Below are positions 1 through 14,000 of a stretch of DNA of 64,000 bases, piece after piece. Location of the stretch: positions 21,018,001-21,082,000 of the forward strand of contig OZ059895.1 in assembly GCA_964057225.1 (NCBI GenBank). The letters are read 5' to 3'. The translations under genes and the position numbers were made by a program. The notes beneath the pieces were generated by a model. It ran no database searches. It was not told the origin of the DNA and saw only the letters and a program-made list of their open reading frames with translations. This DNA is from Auanema rhodensis. Lineage: Eukaryota; Animalia; Nematoda. Position 1 is the stretch's first letter. Each line of letters begins with the position of its first letter.

Positions 1-176
1 GTGCATGGTAACCATGACTTTGAAATTTACGTGAACTTTAATTAATGCTAATTAAGTGTACACATGATGTGCACTTGGTATGTAACTCGCTTTACGTCAA
101 AGATAAAGAGATGCGGTTTTCAAAATTAGATTCCCCATGTCCATATTAGTCTGAAAACAAATTTTTATTAATATTG
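1..176 (+). repeat. Representative monomer (phase arbitrary, set by window start)
   Basis: Positions 1-176; the next unit begins GTGC at 177. Confidence 0.97.
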
Positions 177-2812
177 GTGCATGGTAACCATGACTTTGAA
201 ATTTACGTGAACTTTAATTTATGCTAATTAAGTGTACACATGATATGCACTTGGTATGTAACTCGCTTCACGTGAAAGATGAAGAGATGCGGTTTTCAAA
301 ATTAGATTCCCCATTTTCATATTAGTCTAAAAACAAATTTTTATTGATATTGGTGCATGGTAACCATGACTTTGAAATTTACGTGAACTTTAATTTATGC
401 TTATTAAGTGTACACGTGATGTGCACTTGGTATGTAACTCGCTTCACGTGAAAGATGAAGAGATGCGCTTTTCGAAATTAGATTCCCCATGTCTTTATTA
501 GTCTAAAAACACATTTTTGTTGATATAGGTGGATGGTAACCATGACTTTGAAATTTACGTGAACTTCAATTTATGCTAATTAAGTGTACACATGATGTGC
601 ACTTGGTATGTAACTCGCTTCAAGTCAAAGATAAAGAGATGCGGTTTTCAAAATCAGATTCCCTATGTCCATATTAGTCTAAAAACAAATTTTTATTGAT
701 ATTGGTGAATGGTAACCATGACTTTGAAATTTACGTGAACTTTAATTTATGCTAATTAAGTGTACACATGATGTGCACTTGGTATGTAACTCGCTTCACG
801 TGAAAGATAAAGAGATGCGGTTTTCAAAATAGATTCCCCATTTCCATATTAGTCTAAAAACAAATTTTTATTGATATTGTTGCATGGTAACCATGACTTT
901 GAAATTTACGTGAACTTCAATTTATGCTAATTAAGTGTACACGTGATGTGCACTTGGTATGTAACTCGCTTCACGTGAAAGATGAAGAGATGCGGTTTTC
1001 AAAATTAGATTCCCCATGTCCATATTAGTCTAAAAACAAATTTTTATTGATATTGGTGCATGGTAACCATGACTTTGAAATTTACGTGAACTTCAATTTA
1101 TGCTAATTAAGTGTACACGTGATGTGCACTTGGTATGTAACTCGCTTCAAGTCAAAGATAAAGAGATGCGGTTTTCAAAATCAGATTCCCTATGTCCATA
1201 TTAGTCTAAAAACAAATTTTTATTAATATTGGTGAATGGTAACCATGACTTTGAAATTTACGTGAACTTTAATTTATGCTAATTAAGTGTACACATGATG
1301 TGCACTTGGTATGTAACTCGCTTCACGTCAAAGATAAAGAGATGCGGTTTTCAAAATTAGATTCCCCATGTCCATACTAGTCTAAAAACAAATTTTTATT
1401 AATATTGGTGCATGGTAACCATGACTTTGAAATTTACGTGAACTTTAATTTATGCTTATTAAGTGTACACGTGATGTGCACTTGGTATGTAACTCGCTTC
1501 ACGTGAAAGATGAAGAGATGCGGTTTTCAAAATTAGATTCCCCATGTCCATATTAGTCTAAAAACACATTTTTGTTGATATAGGTGGATGGTAACCATGA
1601 CTTTGAAATTTACGTGAACTTCAATTTATGCTAATTAAGTGTACACATGATGTGCACTTGGTATGTAACTCGCTTCAAGTCAAAGATAAAGAGATGCGGT
1701 TTTCAAAATCAGATTCCCTATGTCCATATTAGTCTAAAAACAAATTTTTATTAATATTGGTGAATGGTAACCATGACTTTGAAATTTACGTGAACTTTAA
1801 TTTATGCTAATTAAGTGTACACATGATGTGCACTTGGTATGTAACTCGCTTCACGTGAAAGATAAAGAGATGCGGTTCTCAAAATAGATTCCCCATTTCC
1901 ATATTAGTCTAAAAACAAATTTTTATTGATATTGGTGCATGGCAACCATGACTTTAAAATTTACGTGAACTTAAATTTATGCTAATTAAGTGTACACATG
2001 ATGTGCACTTGGTATGTAACTCGCTTCACGTCAAAGATAAAGAGATGCGGTTTTCAAAATTAGATTCCCCATTTCCATATTAGTCTAAAAACAAATTTTT
2101 ATTAATATTGGTGCATGGTAACCATGACTTTGAAATTTACGTGAACTTTAATTTATGCTAATTAAGTGTACACATGATATGCACTTGGTATGTATCTCGC
2201 TTCACGTGAAAGATAAAGAGATGCGGTTTTCAAAATAGATTCCCCATTTCCATATTAGTCTAAAAACAAATTTTTATTGATATTGGTGCATGGCAACCAT
2301 GACTTTAAAATTTACGTGAACTTTAATTTATGCTTATTAAGTGTACACGTGATGTGCACTTGGTATGTAACTCGCTTCACGTGAAAGATAAAGAGATGCG
2401 GTTTTCAAAATTAGATTCCTCATGTCCATACTAGGATAAAAACAAATTTTTATTAATATTGGTGCATGGTAACCATGACTTTGAAATTTACGTGAACTTT
2501 AATTTATGCTAATTGAATGTACACGTGATGTGCACTTGGTATGTAAGTCGCTTCACGTAAAAGATAAAGAGATGCGGTTTTCAAAATTAGATTCCCCATG
2601 TCCATATTAGTCTAAAAACAAATTTTTATTGATATTGGTGCATGGTAACCATGACTTTGAAATTTACGTGAACTTTAATTTATGCTAATTGAATGTACAC
2701 GTGATGTGCACTTGGTATGTAACTCGCTTCACGTGAAAGATGAAGAGATGCGGTTTTCAAAATTAGATTCCCCATGTCCATATTAGTCTAAAAACAAATT
2801 TTTATTAATATT

Positions 2813-3870
2813 GGTGAATGGTAACCATGACTTTGAAATTTACGTGAACTTTAATTTATGCTAATTAAGTGTACACATGATGTGCACTTGGTATGTAACT
2901 CGCTTCACGTGAAAGATAAAGAGATGCGGTTTTCAAAATAGATTCCCCATTTCCATATTAGTCTAAAAACAAATTTTTATTGATATTGGTGCATGGCAAC
3001 CATGACTTTAAAATTTACGTGAACCTTAATTTATGCTAATTAAGTGTACACATGTTGTGCACTTGGTATGTAACTCGCTTTACGTCAAAGATAAAGAGAT
3101 GCGGTTTTCAAAATTAGATTCCCCATGTCCATATTAGTCTAAAAACAAATTTTTATTGATATTGGTGCATGGTAACCATGACTTTGAAATTTACGTGAAC
3201 TTTAATTTATGCTAATTGAATGTACACGTGATGTGCACTTGGTATGTAACTCGCTTCACGTGAAAGATGAAGAGATGCGGTTTTCAAAATTAGATTCCCC
3301 ATGTCCATATTAGTCTAAAAACAAATTTTTATTAATATTGGTGCATGGTAACCATGACTTTGAAATTTACGTGAACTTTAATTTATGCTAATTAAGTGTA
3401 CACATGATGTGCACTTGGTATGTAACTCGCTTCAAGTCAAAGATAAAGAGATGCGGTTTTCAAAATCAGATTCCCTATGTCCATATTAGTCTAAAAACAA
3501 ATTTTTATTAATATTGGTGAATGGTAACCATGACTTTGAAATTTACGTGAACTTTAATTTATGCTAATTAAGTGTACACATGATGTGCACTTGGTATGTA
3601 ACTCGCTTCACGTGAAAGATAAAGAGATGCGGTTTTCAAAATAGATTCCCCATTTCCATATTAGTCTAAAAACAAATTTTTATTGATATTGGTGCATGGC
3701 AACCATGACTTTAAAATTTACGTGAACCTTAATTTATGCTAATTAAGTGTACACATGTTGTGCACTTGGTATGTAACTCGCTTTACGTCAAAGATAAAGA
3801 GATGCGGTTTTCAAAATTAGATTCCCCATGTCCATATTAGTCTAAAAACAAATTTTTATTAATATTGGTG
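2813..3870 (+). repeat. Local duplication with 4-monomer offset (703 bp)
   Basis: Private variants GAACCTT (3021, 3724) and CATGTTGTG (3051, 3754) both recur 703 bp apart (4x176-1). Boundaries approximate. Confidence 0.75.
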
Positions 3871-6800
3871 CATGGTAACCATGACTTTGAAATTTACGTG
3901 AACTTTAATTTATGCTAATTAAGTGTACACATGATGTGCGCTTGGTATGTAACTCGCTTCACGTGAAAGATAAAGAGATGCGGTTTTCAAAATTAGATTC
4001 CCCATTTCCATGTTAGTCTAAAAACAAATTTTTATTGATATTGGTGCATGGCAACCATGACTTTAAAATTTACGTTAACTTAAATTTATGCTAATTAAGT
4101 GTACACATGATGTGCACTTGGTATGTAACTCGCTTCACGTCAAAGATAAAGAGATGCGGTTTTCAAAATTAGATTCCCCATGTCCATACTAGTCTAAAAA
4201 CAAATTTTTATTAATATTGGTGCATGGTAACCATGACTTTGAAATTTACGTGAACTTTAATTTATGCTTATTAAGTGTACACGTGATGTGCACTTGGTAT
4301 GTAACTCGCTTCACGTGAAAGATAAAGAGATGCGGTTTTCAAAATTAGATTCCCCATGTCCATATTAGTCTAAAAACAAATTTTTATTGATATTGGTGCA
4401 TGGTAACCATGACTTTGAAATTTACGTGAACTTCAATTTATGCTAATTAAGTGTACACGTGATGTGCACTTGGTATGTAACTCGCTTCACGTGAAAGATG
4501 AAGAGATGCGGTTTTCAAAATCAGATTCCCTATGTCCATATTAGTCTAAAAACAAATTTTTATTAATATTGGTGAATGGTAACCATGACTTTGAAATTTA
4601 CGTGAACTTTAATTTATGCTAATTAAGTGTACACGTGATGTGCACTTGGTATGTAACTCGCTTCACGTGAAAGATGAAGAGATGCGGTTTTCAAAATTAG
4701 ATTCCCCATGTCCATATTAGTCTAAAAACAAATTTTTATTGATATTGGTGCATGGTAACCATGACTTTGAAATTTACGTGAACTTCAATTTATGCTAATT
4801 AAGTGTACACGTGATGTGCACTTGGTATGTAACTCGCTTCACGTGAAAGATGAAGAGATGCGGTTTTCAAAATCAGATTCCCTATGTCCATATTAGTCTA
4901 AAAACAAATTTTTATTAATATTGGTGAATGGTAACCATGACTTTGAAATTTACGTGAACTTCAATTTATGCTAATTAAGTGTACACGTGATGTGCACTTG
5001 GTATGTAACTCGCTTCACGTGAAAGATGAAGAGATGCGGTTTTCAAAATCAGATTCCCTATGTCCATATTAGTCTAAAAACAAATTTTTATTAATATTGG
5101 TGAATGGTAACCATGACTTTGAAATTTACGTGAACTTTAATTTATGCTAATTAAGTGTACACATGATGTGCGCTTGGTATGTAACTCGCTTCACGTGAAA
5201 GATAAAGAGATGCGGTTTTCAAAATTAGATTCCCCATTTCCATGTTAGTCTGAAAACAAATTTTTATTGATATTGGTGCATGGCAACCATGACTTTAAAA
5301 TTTACGTTAACTTAAATTTATGCTAATTAAGTGTACACATGATGTGCACTTGGTATGTAACTCGCTTCACGTCAAAGATAAAGAGATGCGGTTTTCAAAA
5401 TTAGATTCCCCATGTCCATACTAGGATAAAAACAAATTTTTATTAATATTGGTGCATGGTAACCATGACTTTGAAATTTACGTGAACTTTAATTTATGCT
5501 TATTAAGTGTACACGTGATGTGCACTTGGTATGTAACTCGCTTCACGTGAAAGATGAAGAGATGCGGTTTTCAAAATTAGATTCCCCATGTCCATATTAG
5601 TCTAAAAACAAATTTTTATTGATATTGGTGCATGGTAACCATGACTTTGAAATTTACGTGAACTTCAATTTATGCTAATTAAGTGTACACGTGATGTGCA
5701 CTTGGTATGTAACTCGCTTCACGTGAAAGATGAAGAGATGCGGTTTTCAAAATCAGATTCCCTATGTCCATATTAGTCTAAAAACAAATTTTTATTAATA
5801 TTGGTGAATGGTAACCATGACTTTGAAATTTACGTGAACTTTAATTTATGCTAATTAAGTGTACACGTGATGTGCACTTGGTATGTAACTCGCTTCACGT
5901 GAAAGATGAAGAGATGCGGTTTTCAAAATAGATTCCCCATTTCCATATTAGTCTAAAAACAAATTTTTATTGATATTGGTGCATGGCAACCATGACTTTG
6001 AAATTTACGTGAACTTCAATTTATGCTAATTAAGTGTACACATGATGTGCGCTTGGTATGTAACCCGCTTCACGTGAAAGATAAAGAGATGCGGTTTTCA
6101 AAATTAGATTCCCCATGTCCATATTAGTCTAAAAACAAATTTTTATTAATATTGGTGCATGGTAACCATGACTTTGAAATTTACGTGAACTTTAATTTAT
6201 GCTAATTAAGTGTACACATGATGTGCACTTGGTATGTAACTCGCTTCACGTCAAAGATAAAGAGATGCGGTTTTCAAAATTAGATTCCCCATGTCCATAC
6301 TAGTCTAAAAACAAATTTTTATTAATATTGGTGCATGGTAACCATGACTTTGAAATTTACGTGAACTTTAATTTATGCTTATTAAGTGTACACGTGATGT
6401 GCACTTGGTATGTAACTCGCTTCACGTGAAAGATGAAGAGATGCGGTTTTCAAAATTAGATTCCCCATGTCCATATTAGTCGAAAAACAAATTTTTATTG
6501 ATATTGGTGCATGGTAACCATGACTTTGAAATTTACGTGAACTTCAATTTATGCTAATTAAGTGTACACGTGATGTGCACTTGGTATGTAACTCGCTTCA
6601 CGTGAAAGATGAAGAGATGCGGTTTTCAAAATCAGATTCCCTATGTCCATATTAGTCTAAAAACAAATTTTTATTAATATTGGTGAATGGTAACCATGAC
6701 TTTGAAATTTACGTGAACTTTAATTTATGCTAATTAAGTGTACACATGATGTGCACTTGGTATGTAACTCGCTTCACGTGAAAGATAAAGAGATGCGGTT

Positions 6801-9800
6801 TTCAAAATAGATTCCCCATTTCCATATTAGTCTAAAAACAAATTTTTATTAATATTGGTGCATGGTAACCATGACTTTGAAATTTACGTGAACTTTAATT
6901 TATGCTAATTAAGTGTACACATGATGTGCACTTGGTATGTAACTCGCTTTACGTCAAAGATAAAGAGATGCGGTTTTCAAAATTAGATTCCCCATGTCCA
7001 TATCAGTCTAAAAACAAATTTTTATTATTATTGGTGCATGGTAACCATGACTTTGAAATTTACGTGAACTTTAATTTATGCTAATTAAGTGTACACATGA
7101 TGTGCGCTTGGTATGTAACTCGCTTCACGTGAAAGATAAAGAGATGCGGTTTTCAAAATTAGATTCCCCATTTCCATGTTAGTCTAAAAACAAATTTTTA
7201 TTGATATTGGTGCATGGCAACCATGACTTTAAAATTTACGTTAACTTAAATTTATGCTAATTAAGTGTACACATGATGTGCACTTGGTATGTAACTCGCT
7301 TCACGTCAAAGATAAAGAGATGCGGTTTTCAAAATTAGATTCCCCATGTCCATACTAGTCTAAAAACAAATTTTTATTAATATTGGTGCATGGTAACCAT
7401 GACTTTGAAATTTACGTGAACTTTAATTTATGCTAATTAAGTGTACACATGATGTGCGCTTGGTATGTAACTCGCTTCATGTTAAAGATAAAGAGATGCG
7501 GTTTTCAAAATTAGATTCCCCATGTCTATATTAGTCTAAAAACAAATTTTTATTAATATTGGTGCATGGTAACCATGACTTTGAAATTTACGTGAACTTT
7601 AATTTATGCTAATTAAGTGTACACATGATGTGCACTTGGTATGTAACTCGCTTCACGTGAAAGATGAAGAGATGCGGTTTTCAAAAAAATTAGATTCCTC
7701 ATGTCCATATTAGTCTAAAAACGATTTTTTATTGATATTGGTGCATGGTAACCATGACTTTGAAATTTACGTGAACTTTAATTTATGCTTATTAAGTGTA
7801 CACGTGATGTGCACTTGGTATGTAACTCGCTTCACGTGAAAGATAAAGGGATGCGGTTTTCAAAATTAGATTCTTCATTTCCATATTAGTCTAAAAACAA
7901 ATTTTTATTGATATTGGTGCATGGTAACCATGACTTTGAAATTTACGTGAACTTTAATTTATGCTAATTAAGTGTACACATGATGTGCACTTGGTATGTA
8001 ACTCGCTTCACGTGAAAGATAAAGGGATGCGGTTTTCAAAATTAGATTCCCCATGTCCATATTAGTCTAAAAACAAATTTTTATTGATATTGGTGCATGG
8101 TAACCATGACTTTGAAATTTACGTGAACTTTAATTTATGCTAATTAAGTGTACACATGATGTGCACTTGGTATGTAACTCGCTTCACATGAAAGATGAAG
8201 AGATGCGGTTTTCAAAATTAGATTCCCTATGTCCATATTAGTCTAAAAACAAATTTTTATTAATATTGGTGAATGGTAACCATGACTTTGAAATTTACGT
8301 GAACTTTAATTTATGCTAATTAAGTGTACACGTGATGTGCACTTGGTATGTAACTCGCTTCACGTGAAAGATGAAGAGATGCGGTTTTCAAAATTAGATT
8401 TCCCATGTCCATATTAGTCTAAAAACAAATTTTTATTGATATTGGTGCATGGTAACCATGACTTTGAAATTTACGTGAACTTCAATTTATGCTAATTAAG
8501 TGTACACATGATGTGCGCTTGGTATGTAACTCGCTTCACGTGAAAGATAAAGAGATGCGGTTTTCAAAATTAGATTCCCCATTTCCATGTTAGTCTGAAA
8601 ACAAATTTTTATTGATATTGGTGCATGGCAACCATGACTTTAAAATTTACGTTAACTTAAATTTATGCTAATTAAGTGTACACATGATGTGCACTTGGTA
8701 TGTAACTCGCTTCACGTCAAAGATAAAGAGATGCGGTTTTCAAAATTAGATTCCCCATGTCCATACTAGTCTAAAAACAAATTTTTATTAATATTGGTGC
8801 ATGGTAACCATGACTTTGAAATTTACGTGAACTTCAATTTATGCTAATTAAGTGTACACGTGATGTGCACTTGGTATGTAACTCGCTTCACGTGAAAGAT
8901 GAAGAGATGCGGTTTTCAAAATTAGATTCCCCATGTCCATATTAGTCTAAAAACAAATTTTAATTGATATTGGTGCATGGTAACCATGACTTTGAAATTT
9001 ACGTGAACTTCAATTTATGCTAATTAAGTGTACACGTGATGTGCACTTGGTATGTAACTCGCTTCACGTGAAAGATGAAGAGATGCGGTTTTCAAAATCA
9101 GATTCCCTATGTCCATATTAGTCTAAAAACAAATTTTTATTAATATTGGTGAATGGTAACCATGACTTTGAAATTTACGTGAACTTTAATTTATGCTAAT
9201 TAAGTGTACACGTGATGTGCACTTGGTATGTAACTCGCTTCACGTGAAAGATGAAGAGATGCGGTTTTCAAAATAGATTCCCCATTTCCATATTAGTCTA
9301 AAAACAAATTTTTATTGATATTGGTGCATGGCAACCATGACTTTGAAATTTACGTGAACTTCAATTTATGCTAATTAAGTGTACACATGATGTGCGCTTG
9401 GTATGTAACTCGCTTCACGTGAAAGATAAAGAGATGCGGTTTTCAAAATTAGATTCCCCATTTCCATGTTAGTCTGAAAACAAATTTTTATTGATATTGG
9501 TGCATGGCAACCATGACTTTAAAATTTACGTTAACTTAAATTTATGCTAATTAAGTGTACACATGATGTGCACTTGGTATGTAACTCGCTTCACGTCAAA
9601 GATAAAGAGATGCGGTTTTCAAAATTAGATTCCCCATGTCCATACTAGTCTAAAAACAAATTTTTATTAATATTGGTGCATGGTAACCATGACTTTGAAA
9701 TTTACGTGAACTTTAATTTATGCTTATTAAGTGTACACGTGATGTGCACTTGGTATGTAACTCGCTTCACGTGAAAGATGAAGAGATGCGGTTTTCAAAA

Positions 9801-11086
9801 TTAGATTCCCCATGTCCATATTAGTCTAAAAACAAATTTTTATTGATATTGGTGCATGGTAACCATGACTTTGAAATTTACGTGAACTTCAATTTATGCT
9901 AATTAAGTGTACACGTGATGTGCACTTGGTATGTAACTCGCTTCACGTGAAAGATGAAGAGATGCGGTTTTCAAAATCAAATTCCCTATGTCCATATTAT
10001 TCTAAAAACAAATTTTTATTAATATTGGTGAATGGTAACCATGACTTTGAAATTTACGTGAACTTAAATTTATGCTAATTAAGTGTACACATGATGTGCA
10101 CTTGGTATGTAACTCGCTTCACGTCAAAGATAAAGAGATGCGGTTTTCAAAATTAGATTCCCCATGTCCATACTAGTCTAAAAACAAATTTTTATTAATA
10201 TTGGTGCATGGTAACCATGACTTTGAAATTTACGTGAACTTTAATTTATGCTAATTAAGTGTACACATGATGTGCGCTTGGTATGTAACTCGCTTCATGT
10301 TAAAGATAAAGAGATGCGGTTCTTAAAATTAGATTCCCCATTTCCATATTAGTCTAAAAACAAATTTTTATTGATATTGGTGCATGGCAACCATGACTTT
10401 AAAATTTACGTGAACTTTAATTTATGCTAATTAAGTGTACACATGATGTGCACTTGGTATGTAACTCGCTTCACGTCAAAGATAAAGACATGCGGTTTTC
10501 AAAATTAGATTCCCCATGTCCATATTAGTCTAAAAACAAATTTTTATTAATATTGGTGCATGGTAACCATGACTTTGAAATTTACGTGAACTTTAATTTA
10601 TGCTAATTAAGTGTACACATGATGTGCACTTGGTATGTAACTCGCTTCACGTGAAAGATGAAGAGATGCGGTTTTCAAAAAAATTAGATTCCTCATGTCC
10701 ATATTAGTCTAAAAACGATTTTTTATTGATATTGGTGCATGGTAACCATGACTTTGAAATTTACGTGAACTTTAATTTATGCTAATTAAGTGTACACATG
10801 ATGTGCACTTGGTATGTAACTCGCTTTACGTCAAAGATAAAGAGATGCGGTTTTCAAAATTAGATTCCCCATGTCCATATTAGTCTAAAAACAAATTTTT
10901 ATTAATATTGGTGCATGGTAACCATGACTTTGAAATTTACGTGAACTTCAATTTATGCTAACTAAGTGTACACATGATGTGCACTTGGTATGTAACTCGC
11001 TTTACGTCAAAGATAAAGAGATGCGGTTTTCAAAATTAGATTCTCCATGTCCATATTAGTCTAAAAACAAATTTTTATTAATATTG

Positions 11087-14000
11087 GTGCATGGTAACCA
11101 TGACTTTGAAATTTACGTGAACTTTAATTTATGCTAATTAAGTGTACACATGATGTGCGCTTGGTATGTAACTCGCTTCACGTGAAAGATGAAGAGATGC
11201 GGTTTTCAAAATTAGATTCCTCATGTCCATATTAGTCTAAAAACGAATTTTTATTGATATTGGTGCATGGTAACCATGACTTTGAAATTTACGTGAACTT
11301 TAATTCATGTTTATTAAGTGTACACGTGATGTGCACTTGGTATGTAACTCGCTTCACGTGAAAGATAAAGGGATGCGGTTTTCAAAATTAGATTCCTCAT
11401 GTCCATATTAGTCTAAAAACAAATTTTTATTGATATTGGTGCATGGTAACCATGACTTTGAAATTTACGTGAACTTTAATTTATGCTAATTAAGTGTACA
11501 CCTGATGTGCACTTGGTATGTAACTCGCTTCACGTCAAAGATAAAGAGATGCGGTTTTCAAAATTAGATTCCCCATTTCCATATTAGTCTAAAAACGAAT
11601 TTTTATTGATATTGGTGCATGGTAACCATGACTTTGAAATTTTCGTGAACTTCAATTTATGCTTATTAAGTGTACACGTGATGTGCACTTGGTATGTAAC
11701 TCGCTTCACGTGAAAGATAAAGAGATGCGGTTTTCAAAATTAGATTCCCCATGTCCATATTAGTCTAAAAACAAATTTTTATTAATATTGGTGCATGGTA
11801 ACCATGACTTTGAAATTTACGTGAACTTTAATTTATGCTAATTAAGTGTACACATGATGTGCACTTGGTATGTAACTCGCTTCACGTCAAAGATAAAGAG
11901 ATGCGGTTTTCAAAATTAGATTCCCCATGTCCATATTAGTCTAAAAACAAATTTTTATTAATATTGGTGCATGGTAACCATGACTTTGAAATTTACGTGA
12001 ACTTTAATTTATGCTAATTAAGTGTACACATGATGTGCACTTGGTATGTAACTCGCTTCACGTGAAAGATGAAGAGATGCGGTTTTCAAAATTAGATTCC
12101 TCATGACCATATTAGTCTAAAAACGAATTTTTATTAATATTGGTGCATGGTAACCATGACTTTGAAATTTACGTGAACTTTAATTTATGCTAATTAAGTG
12201 TACACATGATGTGCACTTGGTATGTAACTCGCTTCACGTGAAAGATGAAGAGATGCGGTTTCCAAAAAAATTAGATTCCTCATGTCCATATTAGTCTAAA
12301 AACGATTTTTTATTGATATTGGTGCATGGTAACCATGACTTTGAAATTTTCGTGAACTTCAATTTATGCTAATTAATTGTACACGTGATGTGCACTTGGT
12401 ATGTAACTCGCTTCACGTGAAAGATGAAGAGATGCGGTTTTCAACATTAGATTCCTCATATCCATATTAGTCTAAAAACGAATTTTTATTGATATTGGTG
12501 CATGGTAACCATGACTTTGAAATTTACGTGAACTTTAATTTATGCTAATTAAGTGTACACCTGATGTGCACTTGGTATGTAACTCGCTTCACGTGAAAGA
12601 TAAAGAGATGCGGTTTTCAAAATTAGATTCCCCATGTCCATATTAGTCTAAAAACACATTTTTGTTGATATTGGTGGATGGTAACCATGACTTTGAAATT
12701 TACGTGAACTTCAATTTATGCTAATTAAGTGTACACATGATGTGCACTTGGTATGTAACTCGCTTCAAGTCAAAGATAAAGAGATGCGGTTTTCAAACTT
12801 AGATTCCCTATGTCCATATTAGTCTAAAAACAAATTTTTATTAATATTGGTGAATGGTAACCATGACTTTGAAATTTACGTGAACTTTAATTTATGCTAA
12901 TTAAGTGTACACATGATGTGCACTTGGTATGTAACTCGCTTCACGTGAAAGATGAAGAGATGCGGTTTTCAAAATTAGATTCCCTATGTCCATATTAGTC
13001 TAAAAACAAATTTTTATCAATATTGGTGCTTGGTAACCATGACTTTGAAATTTACGTGAACTTTAATTTATGCTAATTAAGTGTACACATGATGTGCGCT
13101 TGGTATGTAACTCGCTTCACGTGAAAGATGAAGAGATGCGGTTTTCAAAATTAGATTCCTCATGTCCATATTAGTCTAAAAACGAATTTTTATTGATATT
13201 GGTGCATGGTAACCATGACTTTGAAATTTACGTGAACTTTAATTCATGTTTATTAAGTGTACACGTGATGTGCACTTGGTATGTAACTCGCTTCACGTGA
13301 AAGATAAAGGGATGCGGTTTTCAAAATTAGATTCCTCATGTCCATATTAGTCTAAAAACAAATTTTTATTGATATTGGTGCATGGTAACCATGACTTTGA
13401 AATTTACGTGAACTTTAATTTATGCTAATTAAGTGTACACCTGATGTGCACTTGGTATGTAACTCGCTTCACGTGAAAGATAAAGAGATGCGGTTTTCAA
13501 AATTAGATTCCCCATTTCCATATTAGTCTAAAAACGAATTTTTATTGATATTGGTGCATGGTAACCATGACTTTGAAATTTTCGTGAACTTCAATTTATG
13601 CTTATTAAGTGTACACGTGATGTGCACTTGGTATGTAACTCGCTTCACGTGAAAGATAAAGAGATGCGGTTTTCAAAATTAGATTCCCCATGTCCATATT
13701 AGTCTAAAAACAAATTTTTATTAATATTGGTGCATGGTAACCATGACTTTGAAATTTACGTGAACTTTAATTTATGCTAATTAAGTGTACACATGATGTG
13801 CACTTGGTATGTAACTCGCTTCACGTCAAAGATAAAGAGATGCGGTTTTCAAAATTAGATTCCCCATGTCCATATTAGTCTAAAAACAAATTTTTATCAA
13901 TATTGGTGCATGGTAACCATGACTTTGAAATTTACGTGAACTTTAATTTATGCTAATTAAGTGTACACATGATGTGCACTTGGTATGTAACTCGCTTCAC

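Noticed and set aside
1-176. Assignment to a known similar-length satellite (alpha satellite, Arabidopsis 178-bp, Brassica CentBr, honeybee AluI)
   Set aside because: The match is in length only. I recognise no sequence similarity, and the consensus has no AAGCTT or AGCT site. A database search is needed.
465-485. CENP-B box suggested by TTCG in the GCGCTTTTCGAAATTAG variant
   Set aside because: It lacks the downstream CGGG of the TTCGNNNNANNCGGG consensus and occurs in only about ten monomers.
6902-7084. 60-aa ORF MLIKCTHDVHLV...
   Set aside because: It is one satellite monomer in which the usual in-frame TAG became CAG (TATCAG at ~7001). The same frame is stopped in other monomers, 176 is not a multiple of 3, and there is no recognisable protein or gene context.
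9896-10078. 60-aa ORF MLIKCTRDVHLV...
   Set aside because: Same artefact from an independent stop loss (TAG to TAT, TATTATTCT at ~9995). Two sporadic losses among ~363 monomers are unremarkable.
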